Source: Oligoflexales bacterium (lineage in GTDB: Bacteria > Bdellovibrionota_B > Oligoflexia > Oligoflexales > RGVZ01). Taken from it: 64,000 nucleotides of DNA. The translations under genes were made by a program, and so were the position numbers. Below the pieces are notes generated by a model. It had not been told where the DNA came from. It saw nothing but the letters and a program-made list of their open reading frames with translations, and ran no database searches. The DNA is taken from the NCBI GenBank assembly GCA_947479535.1, contig CANJZQ010000009.1:5748-69747 (forward strand), written 5' to 3'. Below are positions 1 to 9,737 of the stretch, in pieces (the first letter of the stretch is position 1; every line of letters begins with the position of its first letter).

Positions 1-1204
1 CCGCAGGATCTTTGCGGTGATGATGGGACTTGATGCCAAGGGCGAGCCCTGTGACCTTGTCACCGTTGCGGATCGTTTGCAGCGACTTGATCAGGATTCG
101 CGCATTTCAGCGCCAGTCTACCTGGTTGACCTGATTCAGCAGGCTCCGGTTGCGCAGAATATCGAACACCATGCCCGAATCGTTGCCGAGTACTACTTCC
201 TCCGGAAAATGATCCGCGTCTGTCAGGACACGATCGGCAAGGCCGCTGCCGCCGAGGGCAACATCATGGGGTTTGTTGAGGAAGTGGAGAAATCCTTCCT
301 TGAAATCACCAATGAGCAGGACCGTCAGGGTGGGGTTTCCACCCACATGGAGGTTCTTGAAAGCACGATCAACGAACTTGAGCAAAAGATGCTCCGCGCC
401 GGAGAGCTCAGTGGCGTGCCTTCTGGTTTTAACGACCTCGACGCCGTGACTGGCGGTTGGCAAAAAAGCGACTTGATCATTCTGGCCGCACGACCCGGCA
501 TGGGTAAAACAGCATTTGCCCTGAACTGCGCCATGAATTCGGTTAAAAAGGGCCATCCGACCCTGATTTTTACCCTTGAGATGGCAAAAAACCAGCTGAT
601 GACCCGTCTGATCTCCTCGGAGGCACGGGTGGACTCCGCCAAACTCCGTCGTGGTGATCCTTTGACCGAGGATGAACGCAACCGGCTCGTCCAAGGGTTC
701 AGATCTTTCAGTGGCCTTCCTGCCATGCTTGGGATCGATGAGACGGGCGGTATCAGCCTTTCGGAGGTCCGCTCCCGCAGCCGTCGCTTCAAGAAAGAGC
801 ACGGCCTTTCCCTGATCATCGTGGACTATTTGCAGCTCATGACGGCCTCGGTTGGTCGCCGACCGGAGAGCCGCGAACGTGAAATCGCCGAGATTTCAAG
901 CGGACTGAAAAATCTGGCAAAAGAGCTTCAAGTTCCGGTCTTTGCGTTGGCGCAGCTGAACCGTGAGGCGGATAAACGCATCGACAAGCGCCCCAAGATC
1001 AGCGATTTGCGGGAATCAGGTTCGATTGAGATGGATGCCGACGTGATTCTGTTCGTCTATCGGGATGAATATTACGATCGTAATTCAGAAGACTCGGGCA
1101 AGGCAGAGATCATCTTTGGCAAAAACCGCCACGGCGGCCTGGATACCGTGCCATTGGCTTACCAGCCCTCGTTTGTTTCCTTCTACAACCTGCTCAAGGG
1201 ATAA
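1..1204 (+). CDS. dnaB: Replicative DNA helicase DnaB (5' end lies outside the window)
   Basis: The frame is open from position 2 (RRIFAVMM...). Motifs AARPGMGKTAF (Walker A), IIVDYLQLM, AQLNR, SDLRESGSIEMDAD, KNRHG. Confidence 0.97.
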   Translation, partial: RRIFAVMMGLDAKGEPCDLVTVADRLQRLDQDSRISAPVYLVDLIQQAPVAQNIEHHARIVAEYYFLRKMIRVCQDTIGKAAAAEGNIMGFVEEVEKSFLEITNEQDRQGGVSTHMEVLESTINELEQKMLRAGELSGVPSGFNDLDAVTGGWQKSDLIILAARPGMGKTAFALNCAMNSVKKGHPTLIFTLEMAKNQLMTRLISSEARVDSAKLRRGDPLTEDERNRLVQGFRSFSGLPAMLGIDETGGISLSEVRSRSRRFKKEHGLSLIIVDYLQLMTASVGRRPESREREIAEISSGLKNLAKELQVPVFALAQLNREADKRIDKRPKISDLRESGSIEMDADVILFVYRDEYYDRNSEDSGKAEIIFGKNRHGGLDTVPLAYQPSFVSFYNLLKG

Positions 1205-1231
1205 AAAAACCCGCCTTCATGGGCGGGCTTT
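1203..1231 (-). terminator. Intrinsic terminator between convergent dnaB and fis
   Basis: Stem CCCGCC(1210-1215)/GGCGGG(1222-1227). It is followed by a 7-nt U tract on the minus strand and a short TTT on the plus strand. Confidence 0.75.
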
Positions 1232-1255
1232 AATCTTACCAAATCCAAGGCTGCC

Positions 1256-1594
1256 TCAGGGGGCGAAGCCGTGAATTTTCATTTTTTTGCGTAGCGTATT
1301 GCGGTTGATTCCCAAAATCTTGGACGCATGGACCTGATTGCCTCCGGTCCTTTTCAAGATTTGTCCAAGCAATGGCTTTTCAACCTTTGACATGAGCAGG
1401 TCGTAGAGGCCTTCTGGGTAAAATTTTCCGAGTTGATCTAGAAACCGCCCAATTTTCACATCAACAAGATTTTCGAGCGAAAAGCTGTCGATCTTGTCGA
1501 GCATGCTTGGATCGAGGTCATTGCGAGCTTCGGTTTGAATTACGGCTCCGACGGAGCGCATGGAGGCAATGTCTTGGTCGCGAAGGGATTCCAC
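1256..1594 (-). CDS. fis: Fis-family DNA-binding protein
   Basis: LYDLLMSKVEKPLL...TGGNQVHASKILGINRNTLRKKMK closely matches the Fis C-terminal HTH; 112 aa. Confidence 0.85.
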   Translation of the reverse strand: MESLRDQDIASMRSVGAVIQTEARNDLDPSMLDKIDSFSLENLVDVKIGRFLDQLGKFYPEGLYDLLMSKVEKPLLGQILKRTGGNQVHASKILGINRNTLRKKMKIHGFAP

Positions 1595-1689
1595 AGTCGT
1601 TCTTCTCCGTGTAGGGACAGACGTAACTAACAGCAGCCCTTGAGTGCGTCAACGATCATAAAATTAGATTCACACAAGAAAAATGTTGA

Positions 1690-1719
1690 CTTGAAAAAAG
1701 CTGAATCTCCACTGCATTT
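1690..1719 (+). promoter_or_regulatory. Possible sigma-32-type promoter for grpE
   Basis: CTTGAAA-N15-CTGCATTT resembles the RpoH consensus CTTGAAA-N13-15-CCCCATNT and lies upstream of a heat-shock gene. The -10 match is imperfect. Confidence 0.35.
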
Positions 1720-1847
1720 TTTGCCCTCTTCAGAAAATTTCTGGGACGTCTAGAATAAAAGTATAAACATCTTGTCTTTTATCGACGGCGATCGGTTGGG
1801 ATGGTATTTCCATGATGGAATAGGCCAATCGCGGAGGCGGAAAAAGC

Positions 1848-2402
1848 ATGACAAGCCAACAAAACCCGGAAGGTTTTGGGACAGAAAATGAAAAAGATTC
1901 TGCTCCAGAGGGCGCTCACGAGAGCCTTGAAAACGACCTTCAAAACGAGCTGGAAAAAAGTCGCCAAGAGGCCAGGATGTTCCAAGACAAATATCTACGC
2001 CAGGCTGCCGATTTGGAAAACTACCGTCGTCGCACGGAGCGTGAGAAGTCCGATCTTTTGAAATTTGCAGCAGAGAATTTGGTCAAGGATCTGATACCTG
2101 TGCTCGACAGCTTTAATCAGGCGGCGGGGGCTACCCGTGAGAATACGCAGGATTCGTCGAGCCTGATGGAAGGCATGGAAATGGTGAGGCAGCAGCTTCT
2201 GGCCGCGCTTCGCAAACACGGGTTGGAAGAGGTACCAGCGGTTGGTTCAGATTTCGATCCCAATGTGCATCAGGCGATCCAAAGGATTGAGGATGCACAT
2301 TGTGAGTCAGAGACGGTGGCGCAGGAGTTCGCGAAGGGTTATCTGCTCAATGGCAGGCTCGTCCGTCCAGCTATCGTCAGTGTGACAGTTCCGGGCAAGT
2401 AA
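1848..2402 (+). CDS. grpE: Nucleotide exchange factor GrpE
   Basis: YLRQAADLENYRRR, LIPVLDSF, FDPNVHQAI, KGYLLNGRLVRPAIVSV. GGAGG Shine-Dalgarno (SD) upstream. Confidence 0.96.
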   Translation: MTSQQNPEGFGTENEKDSAPEGAHESLENDLQNELEKSRQEARMFQDKYLRQAADLENYRRRTEREKSDLLKFAAENLVKDLIPVLDSFNQAAGATRENTQDSSSLMEGMEMVRQQLLAALRKHGLEEVPAVGSDFDPNVHQAIQRIEDAHCESETVAQEFAKGYLLNGRLVRPAIVSVTVPGK

Positions 2403-2615
2403 AAGTTCCCATTCTCCGGGAACCCGCCGGGCACCAAGCCAGGCGATCTTGTTGTAGTGACAGGCATTCAGCATAGCCTTTTAGTTCAAACACAAGTTGC
2501 GGCAGAGGCAGGTTCAGGGGGGGTCCGCTAAGGTTCCCGCGACTGCCTCCGATACTTCACAAGAGACAGCAGAAAGAATTTTTCTGGCTTCACTTGTTTC
2601 CGAAGGAGATCCCGG

Positions 2616-5093
2616 ATGACGGCTGTGGTTGTGACTCAGAGTCCCGAAATGAGTTTGGAGATTCCACTTCTTCCTCTCAAGGATATCGTGGTTTTTCCTC
2701 ACATGATTGTCCCGGTCTTCGTCAACGAGGATCTCTGCATTAGCGCCGTTGAGGCTGCGATGGCGGGCAACAAGAAGATTTTCTTGTCGGCCTTCAAGGT
2801 TGCCGGTGAGGATGGCTCTGGCTTGGAGTCATCGCTCGAGCCCCCGTTTGATGTGTATGCAACCGGTACGGTTTGCTCCATCATGCGTACCCGCAAGCTG
2901 CCAGATGGCCGGATGAAGGTTCTGGTCCAAGGCCTTTACAAGGCAAAGCTTGTTTCCATGGTAAAAAATGAAGGTCATCCAACAGTCCTCACCAGGACTG
3001 TCCTTGATGATAATTGTGTTAACGGAAATCCGGAAACAGAAGCCCTGATCCGTGCCGTGCGCGAGAACCTCGAAAAGGTTGTCGGCCTTGGCAAGGTCCT
3101 TTCCCCTGATATTTTGATGGTTCTTGAAGATGTGAACGAGCCGGGCCGGCTTGCCGATCTCGTGGCCGCCAATCTTGGCCTTAAGGTTCACGAGTCGCAG
3201 TCCATCCTCGCTTTGGCAAATCCAGTAGAGCGCCTGCGCCGCGTTTACGGTTTTCTGGCACGGGAAATCGAAGTTTACCAGATGCAGGTCAAGATTCAGT
3301 CCCAAGCTAAAGAAGAAATCAGCCGCATGCAGCGCGAGCACTATCTGCGTGAGCAGATGCGCGTGATCCGCACCGAATTGGGCGACAATGACGGCAAAGA
3401 AGAAGTCGAGGCCCTTTGGAAGCGCATGGAGGAGTTGAAAATCAGCGACGAGGCGAAGGAAGAGACTTCCCGCCAATTGCGTCGCTTGGAGCGCATGCAC
3501 CAGGACACCAGCGAAGCTGCGTTGACGCGCACCCACATCGAAACCCTTTTGGCTCTGCCTTGGGGCGTAAAATCTCCCGACGTCTTGGATCTGAAGAACG
3601 TCAAAAAGGTTTTGGATGAAGACCACTTCGGCCTCGACCAGGTGAAAGACCGCATCCTTGAATATCTCGCCGTTAAAAAATTGAATCCGGAAGCCAAGAG
3701 TCCGATCATCTGCTTTGTCGGCCCCCCGGGCGTTGGCAAAACCAGCCTTGGGCGTTCCATTGCGCGCGCCGTCGGCCGGCAGTTTTCGCGCATATCCTTG
3801 GGCGGCGTTCGTGATGAAGCTGATATCCGCGGCCATCGTAAAACCTACGTAGGCGCATTTCCGGGACGGGTGATCTCCAGCATGAAGGCTGCCAAGAGCA
3901 TGAACCCCATCATCATGCTCGACGAGATCGACAAGCTCGGCAACGACCACCGTGGTGATCCATCCTCGGCACTTCTTGAGGTTCTCGACCCTGAGCAGAA
4001 CAGGGCATTTGTCGATCATTACCTCGGCGTGGCTTTTGACCTGTCGGATGTGATGTTTATCGCGAACGCCAATACACTGGATACCATCCCTGCTCCGTTG
4101 CGCGACCGTCTCGAGATCATCGAAGTGTCCGGGTATTCGGAGGAAGAAAAAGTCATCATCGCCAATCAGTACCTGATTCCAAAGCAGATCAAGGAGTCTG
4201 GCCTGAGTGATGCGGGCGTGGTTTTTGGCAAGGCAGCGGTCTCGACGATCATCAATAGCTACACCCGCGAGAGCGGTTTGCGTGGGCTTGAGAAACTGAT
4301 CGCTTCGATCTGCCGCAAGATTGCCCGTCAGCAGGCAGAAGCTCTCGATTCAGCAGACAGTGAAGATTCAAAAAAGAATGTTGCAGTTCGGCTGACTCCC
4401 GCGTTGGTCCAGCGCCATCTTGGAGCGGAACGGTACTCTGCGGATGCCATCCATCTGGAATCGACCATTGGAGTTGCCATGGGGTTGGCCTACACGCCTT
4501 ACGGCGGTGAAGTCCTGGCAATTGAAACCAACTTGATTCCGACGGGCAAGGGTCGCCTTGTGTTGACCGGACAGCTCGGTGACGTGATGAAGGAGTCGGC
4601 ACAGACGGCTTTCAGCTTCTTGCGGTCACGGGCTGCTGATTTCGGATTTGATCCGGAATTGCTAAACAAAAATGAGATTCATGTTCACGTTCCTGCTGGC
4701 GGCGTTCCAAAAGACGGGCCAAGCGCAGGTATCACGATTGCGACGTCAATCCTGTCGGCTCTCAAGAAAACGGCACCGTCACAACATGCCGCCATGACCG
4801 GAGAAATCAGCCTTCATGGCAAGGTTCTGCCGATTGGTGGATTGCGCGAGAAGATCCTGGCAGCATTGCGCGAAGGAATCTCATCGGTGCTGGTTCCTGA
4901 AAAGAACCGCAGTTCATTTGATGCCTTGCCTGTAAACGTCAAGCGTCGCATCAGAGTCCGTTTCGTGAAAGAATATAGCGAAGTGTTTGAAGAGCTGTTT
5001 GGCATGTCCGGCGACTTGGGCAAGTTGGCATTGGTGTCAGATGCCGAAAAGGTCGATGAGTCAGGAATGCCAAGCCAGGACCTCGCAAGCTAA
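2616..5093 (+). CDS. lon: ATP-dependent Lon protease
   Basis: LON N-domain (LPLKDIVVFP), Walker A GPPGVGKTS, LDEIDK, catalytic PKDGPSAG and IGGLREK; 825 aa. Confidence 0.98.
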   Translation: MTAVVVTQSPEMSLEIPLLPLKDIVVFPHMIVPVFVNEDLCISAVEAAMAGNKKIFLSAFKVAGEDGSGLESSLEPPFDVYATGTVCSIMRTRKLPDGRMKVLVQGLYKAKLVSMVKNEGHPTVLTRTVLDDNCVNGNPETEALIRAVRENLEKVVGLGKVLSPDILMVLEDVNEPGRLADLVAANLGLKVHESQSILALANPVERLRRVYGFLAREIEVYQMQVKIQSQAKEEISRMQREHYLREQMRVIRTELGDNDGKEEVEALWKRMEELKISDEAKEETSRQLRRLERMHQDTSEAALTRTHIETLLALPWGVKSPDVLDLKNVKKVLDEDHFGLDQVKDRILEYLAVKKLNPEAKSPIICFVGPPGVGKTSLGRSIARAVGRQFSRISLGGVRDEADIRGHRKTYVGAFPGRVISSMKAAKSMNPIIMLDEIDKLGNDHRGDPSSALLEVLDPEQNRAFVDHYLGVAFDLSDVMFIANANTLDTIPAPLRDRLEIIEVSGYSEEEKVIIANQYLIPKQIKESGLSDAGVVFGKAAVSTIINSYTRESGLRGLEKLIASICRKIARQQAEALDSADSEDSKKNVAVRLTPALVQRHLGAERYSADAIHLESTIGVAMGLAYTPYGGEVLAIETNLIPTGKGRLVLTGQLGDVMKESAQTAFSFLRSRAADFGFDPELLNKNEIHVHVPAGGVPKDGPSAGITIATSILSALKKTAPSQHAAMTGEISLHGKVLPIGGLREKILAALREGISSVLVPEKNRSSFDALPVNVKRRIRVRFVKEYSEVFEELFGMSGDLGKLALVSDAEKVDESGMPSQDLAS

Positions 5094-5103
5094 AGGGGAC
5101 ATC

Positions 5104-5337
5104 ATGCGCGAAAGATTTGCGGCTCTGGGCCGGATTCTTCTTCAAGGGGTGATTTGGGTCTTTGTCCTGTCGATTCGCGTTGACGGACAGACCCTTTTCC
5201 ACCGCGCTCACGAAGTTCTTGTTAATAATCAGATAGTTGCAGCCATCGAAGCCCAGGCAACCAAGGGGTTCCATGCGGCAGTCGACATGGCCACCTCCGG
5301 CGCTGGCAGCCTGCTAAAGGGCCGCGGTCAAGGCTGA
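5104..5337 (+). CDS. Small hypothetical membrane-anchored protein
   Basis: ATG at 5104 after the SD-like AAGGGG, directly after lon. One hydrophobic segment (ILLQGVIWVFVLSI). Confidence 0.6.
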   Translation: MRERFAALGRILLQGVIWVFVLSIRVDGQTLFHRAHEVLVNNQIVAAIEAQATKGFHAAVDMATSGAGSLLKGRGQG

Positions 5338-5397
5338 GGAGCCTCGATTCCCAATTAATTTTATGCTAACCCTGTGGACTCTCACAGGAGTTTGCAC

Positions 5398-5943
5398 GTG
5401 TCAGTATTAGACGTTCTCGTTTGGCCAGCAAAAGTACTCGAAACCAAGGCAGAGCCTGTCACCCAATTTGATGCTGGGTTGAAGGCATTCGTCGCCAACA
5501 TGTTTGACACCATGCACGCATCTGGTGGCATCGGTTTGGCTGCAAATCAAGTTGGCGATTTACGTCGCGTGATCGTGATTGAAATACCTTGGGCCGAGAG
5601 CAAATACGCAGACCAGGAAGAAAAGCAGGAGCCCTGGCACAACAAGCGTTGGGTTTTGATCAATCCTGAGATCACAAAAAAATCAGGTAAAATCCGGTGG
5701 CAGGAAGGTTGCTTGAGCTTCCCCGAGGTTTACGATTTTGTCGATCGTGCATCGGAAGTCTGGGTCAAGGCCTTTGACGAGCATGGCAAGCTTTTTGAAT
5801 TCCATGCCAACGAACTTTTCGCCGTTTGCATCCAGCATGAAATCGATCACCTTGATGGAATTGTCTTTTTTCAACGCATGTCGCGACTGAAGGCCGACAT
5901 CATCAAGAAAAAGATGCTCCGTCGCGGATTGGTAAACCAATAG
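5398..5943 (+). CDS. def: Peptide deformylase
   Basis: GIGLAANQVG, EGCLS, QHEIDHLDG. GTG start at 5398 after AGGAG. Confidence 0.97.
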   Translation: MSVLDVLVWPAKVLETKAEPVTQFDAGLKAFVANMFDTMHASGGIGLAANQVGDLRRVIVIEIPWAESKYADQEEKQEPWHNKRWVLINPEITKKSGKIRWQEGCLSFPEVYDFVDRASEVWVKAFDEHGKLFEFHANELFAVCIQHEIDHLDGIVFFQRMSRLKADIIKKKMLRRGLVNQ

Positions 5944-5964
5944 CCACTAAATAAGGAGGCGACT

Positions 5965-6633
5965 GTGACTCAAACGGACGTCTTGGTGTCGCCCTCCATC
6001 TTGTCGGCTGATTTTTTACATCTTGCCGATGAGATCCGCTCCGTTGAATCAGCCGGCGCAGATTGGCATCATATCGACGTGATGGATGGCCATTTTGTAC
6101 CCAACCTGACCTTTGGCCTTCCAATCATCCGTCAGATCAAATCGGTCGCGAAGATGCCGCTGGATGTTCACATCATGGTCGATAATCCGGATGAAGTGGC
6201 CCCGGGTTATGTTGAGGCCGGGGCAGATTGGTTGACCTTTCACATCGAGGCTTCAAAAGACGCGGTGGCATTGGCGAAAGCCATTCGGGCAAAGGGTGCC
6301 AAGGCTGGCATCTCCCTTCGTCCGGCAACTTCAATCGAATCCTTGAAACCAATACTCCCCCATCTGGATTTGGTTCTGATCATGAGTGTAAATCCTGGTT
6401 TTGGTGGACAGGCCTTTATGGCGGACGCGCCCGACCGGATTGCTGCAATTGCGGCGATGGCCGAAGCTGCAGGGGTCCGGCGGCAAATCAAAATCAGCGT
6501 GGATGGCGGAATTAATTCCGCAACGGCAAAATTCTGCCGCGCACGCGGCGCAGACGTTCTGGTTGCCGGAACTGCCGTCTACGGGGCAAAAGATCGCCGC
6601 CTGGCAATCACCACCTTGAGGGAATCCAAATGA
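5965..6633 (+). CDS. rpe: Ribulose-phosphate 3-epimerase
   Basis: SPSILSADF, HIDVMDGHFVPNLTFG, MSVNPGFGGQ, VDGGI. Confidence 0.97.
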   Translation: MTQTDVLVSPSILSADFLHLADEIRSVESAGADWHHIDVMDGHFVPNLTFGLPIIRQIKSVAKMPLDVHIMVDNPDEVAPGYVEAGADWLTFHIEASKDAVALAKAIRAKGAKAGISLRPATSIESLKPILPHLDLVLIMSVNPGFGGQAFMADAPDRIAAIAAMAEAAGVRRQIKISVDGGINSATAKFCRARGADVLVAGTAVYGAKDRRLAITTLRESK

Positions 6634-8171
6634 AGGCCTCGGCATTTAAACTGGGAATTGAAAATTTAACTGCGGCAACGCTGGTTTTCTTGGCACGTCA
6701 AAAGAATCCGCCTTTGCACATTGAGCCCGACGTTTGGACACGGCTCGAACATTTTCGCGGAGCGGTCGAGGCGTTCGCCGGGGCAGATCAAAAAACATAC
6801 GGAATCAATACCGGTTTTGGATTTTTGTCGGATGTGAAAATCCCTCCCGAGAAACTTTCCCAGCTTCAAGTGAATCTGATTCGTTCCCACGCCTGTGGGG
6901 TTGGCAAGCACTTGCAACCAGAGGTGGTTCGCGGACTCTTGATTTTGCGGGCACATACTTTTCTACTTGGCCACAGCGGGGTTTCCCGTGAACTTGTCTC
7001 GACGGTCCTTGCCTTTTTGGAACATGACATTTTGCCCGTCATTCCGGAAAAAGGCAGTGTCGGTGCCTCTGGCGACCTTGCCCCCCTGGCCCATTTGGCA
7101 ATGGGGTTCATGGGCGAGGGCGAGGTTTATTTCAAGGGCCGTCTGATGCCGGCTTCCGAGGCCTTGGAAGAGGCGGGGGTAAAGCCCTTCAAGCCTCGCG
7201 CCAAGGAGGGCCTTTCTTGCATCAACGGAACCCATTTGATGGCAACCCTGGGAGCTTTCGCGTGTGTCGATGCCCTCACTTTATTTCAGTCGGCTGACAT
7301 CGTTGCGGCTTTGAGTTTGGATGCAATTCGCGGCACGCTCCGCGCATTTGATCCGCGGATCCACCAAGTCCGAAAGCAGGCCTCCCAGAGCGTCGTGGCA
7401 GAAAATTTTAGAAAATTGTTTCAGGGCCACGATGCCATCAGGGATTCCCACGCCAATTGCGGCAAGGTCCAGGATCCCTACAGCTTTCGCTGCATTCCTC
7501 AGGTCCACGGTGCTGCCCGTGGGGCACTTGAGCACGTCCGCGGGGTCATCGAAGGTGACTTGAATTCTGTCACGGATAATCCGCTGATTTTTATTGAAGA
7601 TGCCACGCCAAATGACGTGATCAGTGGTGGGAATTTCCATGGGGAGCCGCTGGCCATGGCCCTTGATTATCTGGCCATTGCTGCAGCAGAGATTGCAAAT
7701 ATTTCAGAACGCCGCATTGAAAAGCTGACCAATCCTGCGCAAAGTGGACTTCCTCCGTTTGTCACAGCGGATAGCGGTTTGAATTCGGGGTTCATGATCC
7801 CGCACGTGGTGGCAGCGGCACTTGTTTCCGAAAACAAGATCCTTTGTCATCCGGCCTCAGTCGATAGCATCCCCACCTCGGCAGACAAGGAAGATCACGT
7901 CAGCATGGGTCCAATTTCCGCCCGCAAGGCGCGCGAGGTTATTGACAACGCCATGCATGTCATCGCCATTGAGGCCCTGACGGCGGTCCAGGGGATTGAT
8001 CTTTTGGCCCCCTTGGAGCCATCGCCCGTTTTGCAAAGGGTCAGGGTTGAAATTCGTAAAATATCGCCCACCGTTGATTCGGACCGTTCCATGCACCACG
8101 ACATCACGAGGGTTAAAGAGTGGCTTTCCGATGCGAAAGCTGTGACGGCTTCGGGTATTGCGATAAGATGA
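6630..8171 (+). CDS. hutH: Histidine ammonia-lyase
   Basis: YGINTGFG, LIRSHACG (HAL-type SH), MIO-forming GSVGASGDLAPL, QDPYSFRC, GGNFHG, EDHVSMG. Confidence 0.95.
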   Translation: MKASAFKLGIENLTAATLVFLARQKNPPLHIEPDVWTRLEHFRGAVEAFAGADQKTYGINTGFGFLSDVKIPPEKLSQLQVNLIRSHACGVGKHLQPEVVRGLLILRAHTFLLGHSGVSRELVSTVLAFLEHDILPVIPEKGSVGASGDLAPLAHLAMGFMGEGEVYFKGRLMPASEALEEAGVKPFKPRAKEGLSCINGTHLMATLGAFACVDALTLFQSADIVAALSLDAIRGTLRAFDPRIHQVRKQASQSVVAENFRKLFQGHDAIRDSHANCGKVQDPYSFRCIPQVHGAARGALEHVRGVIEGDLNSVTDNPLIFIEDATPNDVISGGNFHGEPLAMALDYLAIAAAEIANISERRIEKLTNPAQSGLPPFVTADSGLNSGFMIPHVVAAALVSENKILCHPASVDSIPTSADKEDHVSMGPISARKAREVIDNAMHVIAIEALTAVQGIDLLAPLEPSPVLQRVRVEIRKISPTVDSDRSMHHDITRVKEWLSDAKAVTASGIAIR

Positions 8172-8644
8172 TGGTATCAAGAAAAACGGCGGAGTACGGC
8201 GTGTTCAAATCGATGATTCCGATGATCGTAATATTTGAAATGTGCTTTTTCTCTGCGGCAGCGACTGCCGCAGGAAAAATGGAGCGAATTGGCGGCGACT
8301 ACCGTTTGCAGGGGATTTCCAGAAAGTGCCCGTCCCGTCCGGACGGTTCCTGCTTTCGTGTCGTGTTTGAGGCCATTCACAAAACTGGCCGCTTCGATGA
8401 ACTCGTGCTCGAGAGCAACCATGTGAATGTCAGCGTGAAAAAAGGCGATCTCGTCCGACTTTCGGCAGAGATTGCAGTCGATCGCGGTAAAAGGGCCGAA
8501 GTCTCACAAGTGGTCCTCTTCGACGATTCAGCAAAGTCCCGTCCGCCCACCTGGATGCTGTCCAGCAAGCACAAGGCGGGTCCGGCGCCGGCGGCCCGTT
8601 ATTTTGACATGCACGTCCCTCAGACAGATTTTCTGGTCCTTTAA
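8168..8644 (+). CDS. Hypothetical exported protein
   Basis: ATGA overlap with the hutH stop; hydrophobic N-terminal segment ending in an Ala-rich cleavage-like site. No recognised motif. Confidence 0.65.
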   Translation: MMVSRKTAEYGVFKSMIPMIVIFEMCFFSAAATAAGKMERIGGDYRLQGISRKCPSRPDGSCFRVVFEAIHKTGRFDELVLESNHVNVSVKKGDLVRLSAEIAVDRGKRAEVSQVVLFDDSAKSRPPTWMLSSKHKAGPAPAARYFDMHVPQTDFLVL

Positions 8645-8649
8645 TAAAA

Positions 8650-9708
8650 ATGCAACAACAGCCTCGAACACAAGACGATGGACCCGTTTTACCGCCGGTG
8701 ATGCAGCCAGTTGGTGTGAACTATTGGCTTGGCACCGTCTCGGGCCGGCTGATGTTGATCAACACCGTCGTTTTTCTGATTATGTGTTGGAAGTCGAATT
8801 CCATTTTTTTGCCCACGCGCGAAGTTCTGCTCGAGTTTGGCGCGAAGGATTCTGTGGGATTGGTTCGCGGTGAAATCTGGCGTTTTTTGACCCCAGTCTT
8901 CGTGCACATTGGCGTGATCCACTTCTTTTTTAATTCAATGGGCCTGTATTACATCGGCTATCAACTTGAGCGGATCCTGGGACGGCGCTGGTTTGTTGCC
9001 GTTTATCTTGGGTCGGGAGTCTTTGGAAACATTGCCAGTGCGATTTCAACCGTTGCCATGAGCGCAGGGGCATCAGGCGCGTTGTTTGGTCTGCTCGGTA
9101 GTGGTTATGTTCTGGAGAGGATTGTCGGCCAGCGCATGGAGCAGGTCTCGGGAAGGCGCCCCAGACGCCGGATTTATGGCGGCATGGTTGTCATTAACAT
9201 CATTTTTGGTTTGATGATTCCTGGAATCGATAACGCAGCCCACTTGGGCGGGCTCGCAGCAGGTATGGTGTTGACTTGGTCCATGCTGCATTTGCGTCCC
9301 AACCGTCTGACTAGACGCAATAAACCGGCTGCCTATGCTGCAGTTGCGGCCTTGATGGTAGCTGCGCTCGCTGGCGCAGGCCTCTCAACAAACGCAAATC
9401 TATTGGTGGCCCGTTATGAAAAGTTTGCTGATTCGGCCTCTTCTGCGCCGGAGGGCATTTACTATTTGGAACAGGCGCTGCGGATTCTCCCTGACGATCA
9501 TCACTTGATTGCCGAGAAGATAAAACTGACGTTGATGTCTGCAGATCCCCACGAGGCAATTGGTGACATCCGGCGCTTGTCCGAAACCCCTGGCGGCCTG
9601 GAAGAGTTGCGTCGGCTTCAGCAGGATTTCCAGCGCGACGGGCTGACCCGCCAGTCCAAATTTATCGATTTTTTTCTGAGCGATGGAACCGGTCCAGAAC
9701 CAATCTAA
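8650..9708 (+). CDS. Rhomboid family intramembrane serine protease with helical/TPR-like C-terminus
   Basis: WRFLTPVFVHIGVIHFFFN, catalytic GASG and DNAAHLGG. Confidence 0.92.
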   Translation: MQQQPRTQDDGPVLPPVMQPVGVNYWLGTVSGRLMLINTVVFLIMCWKSNSIFLPTREVLLEFGAKDSVGLVRGEIWRFLTPVFVHIGVIHFFFNSMGLYYIGYQLERILGRRWFVAVYLGSGVFGNIASAISTVAMSAGASGALFGLLGSGYVLERIVGQRMEQVSGRRPRRRIYGGMVVINIIFGLMIPGIDNAAHLGGLAAGMVLTWSMLHLRPNRLTRRNKPAAYAAVAALMVAALAGAGLSTNANLLVARYEKFADSASSAPEGIYYLEQALRILPDDHHLIAEKIKLTLMSADPHEAIGDIRRLSETPGGLEELRRLQQDFQRDGLTRQSKFIDFFLSDGTGPEPI

Positions 9709-9737
9709 ATCTGGCAAAACCCCGTCATCCTTTCATG

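Noticed and set aside
2829-4019. Long antisense ORFs (396 aa opposite lon; also 28532-29617, 55037-55834, 107-802)
   Set aside because: They shadow well-conserved genes on the opposite strand and have no recognisable motifs; typical codon-bias artefacts.
6630-8171. Stand-alone ammonia-lyase as a possible secondary-metabolite PAL/TAL
   Set aside because: The specificity residues are HAL-type (SH), and there are no biosynthetic genes nearby.
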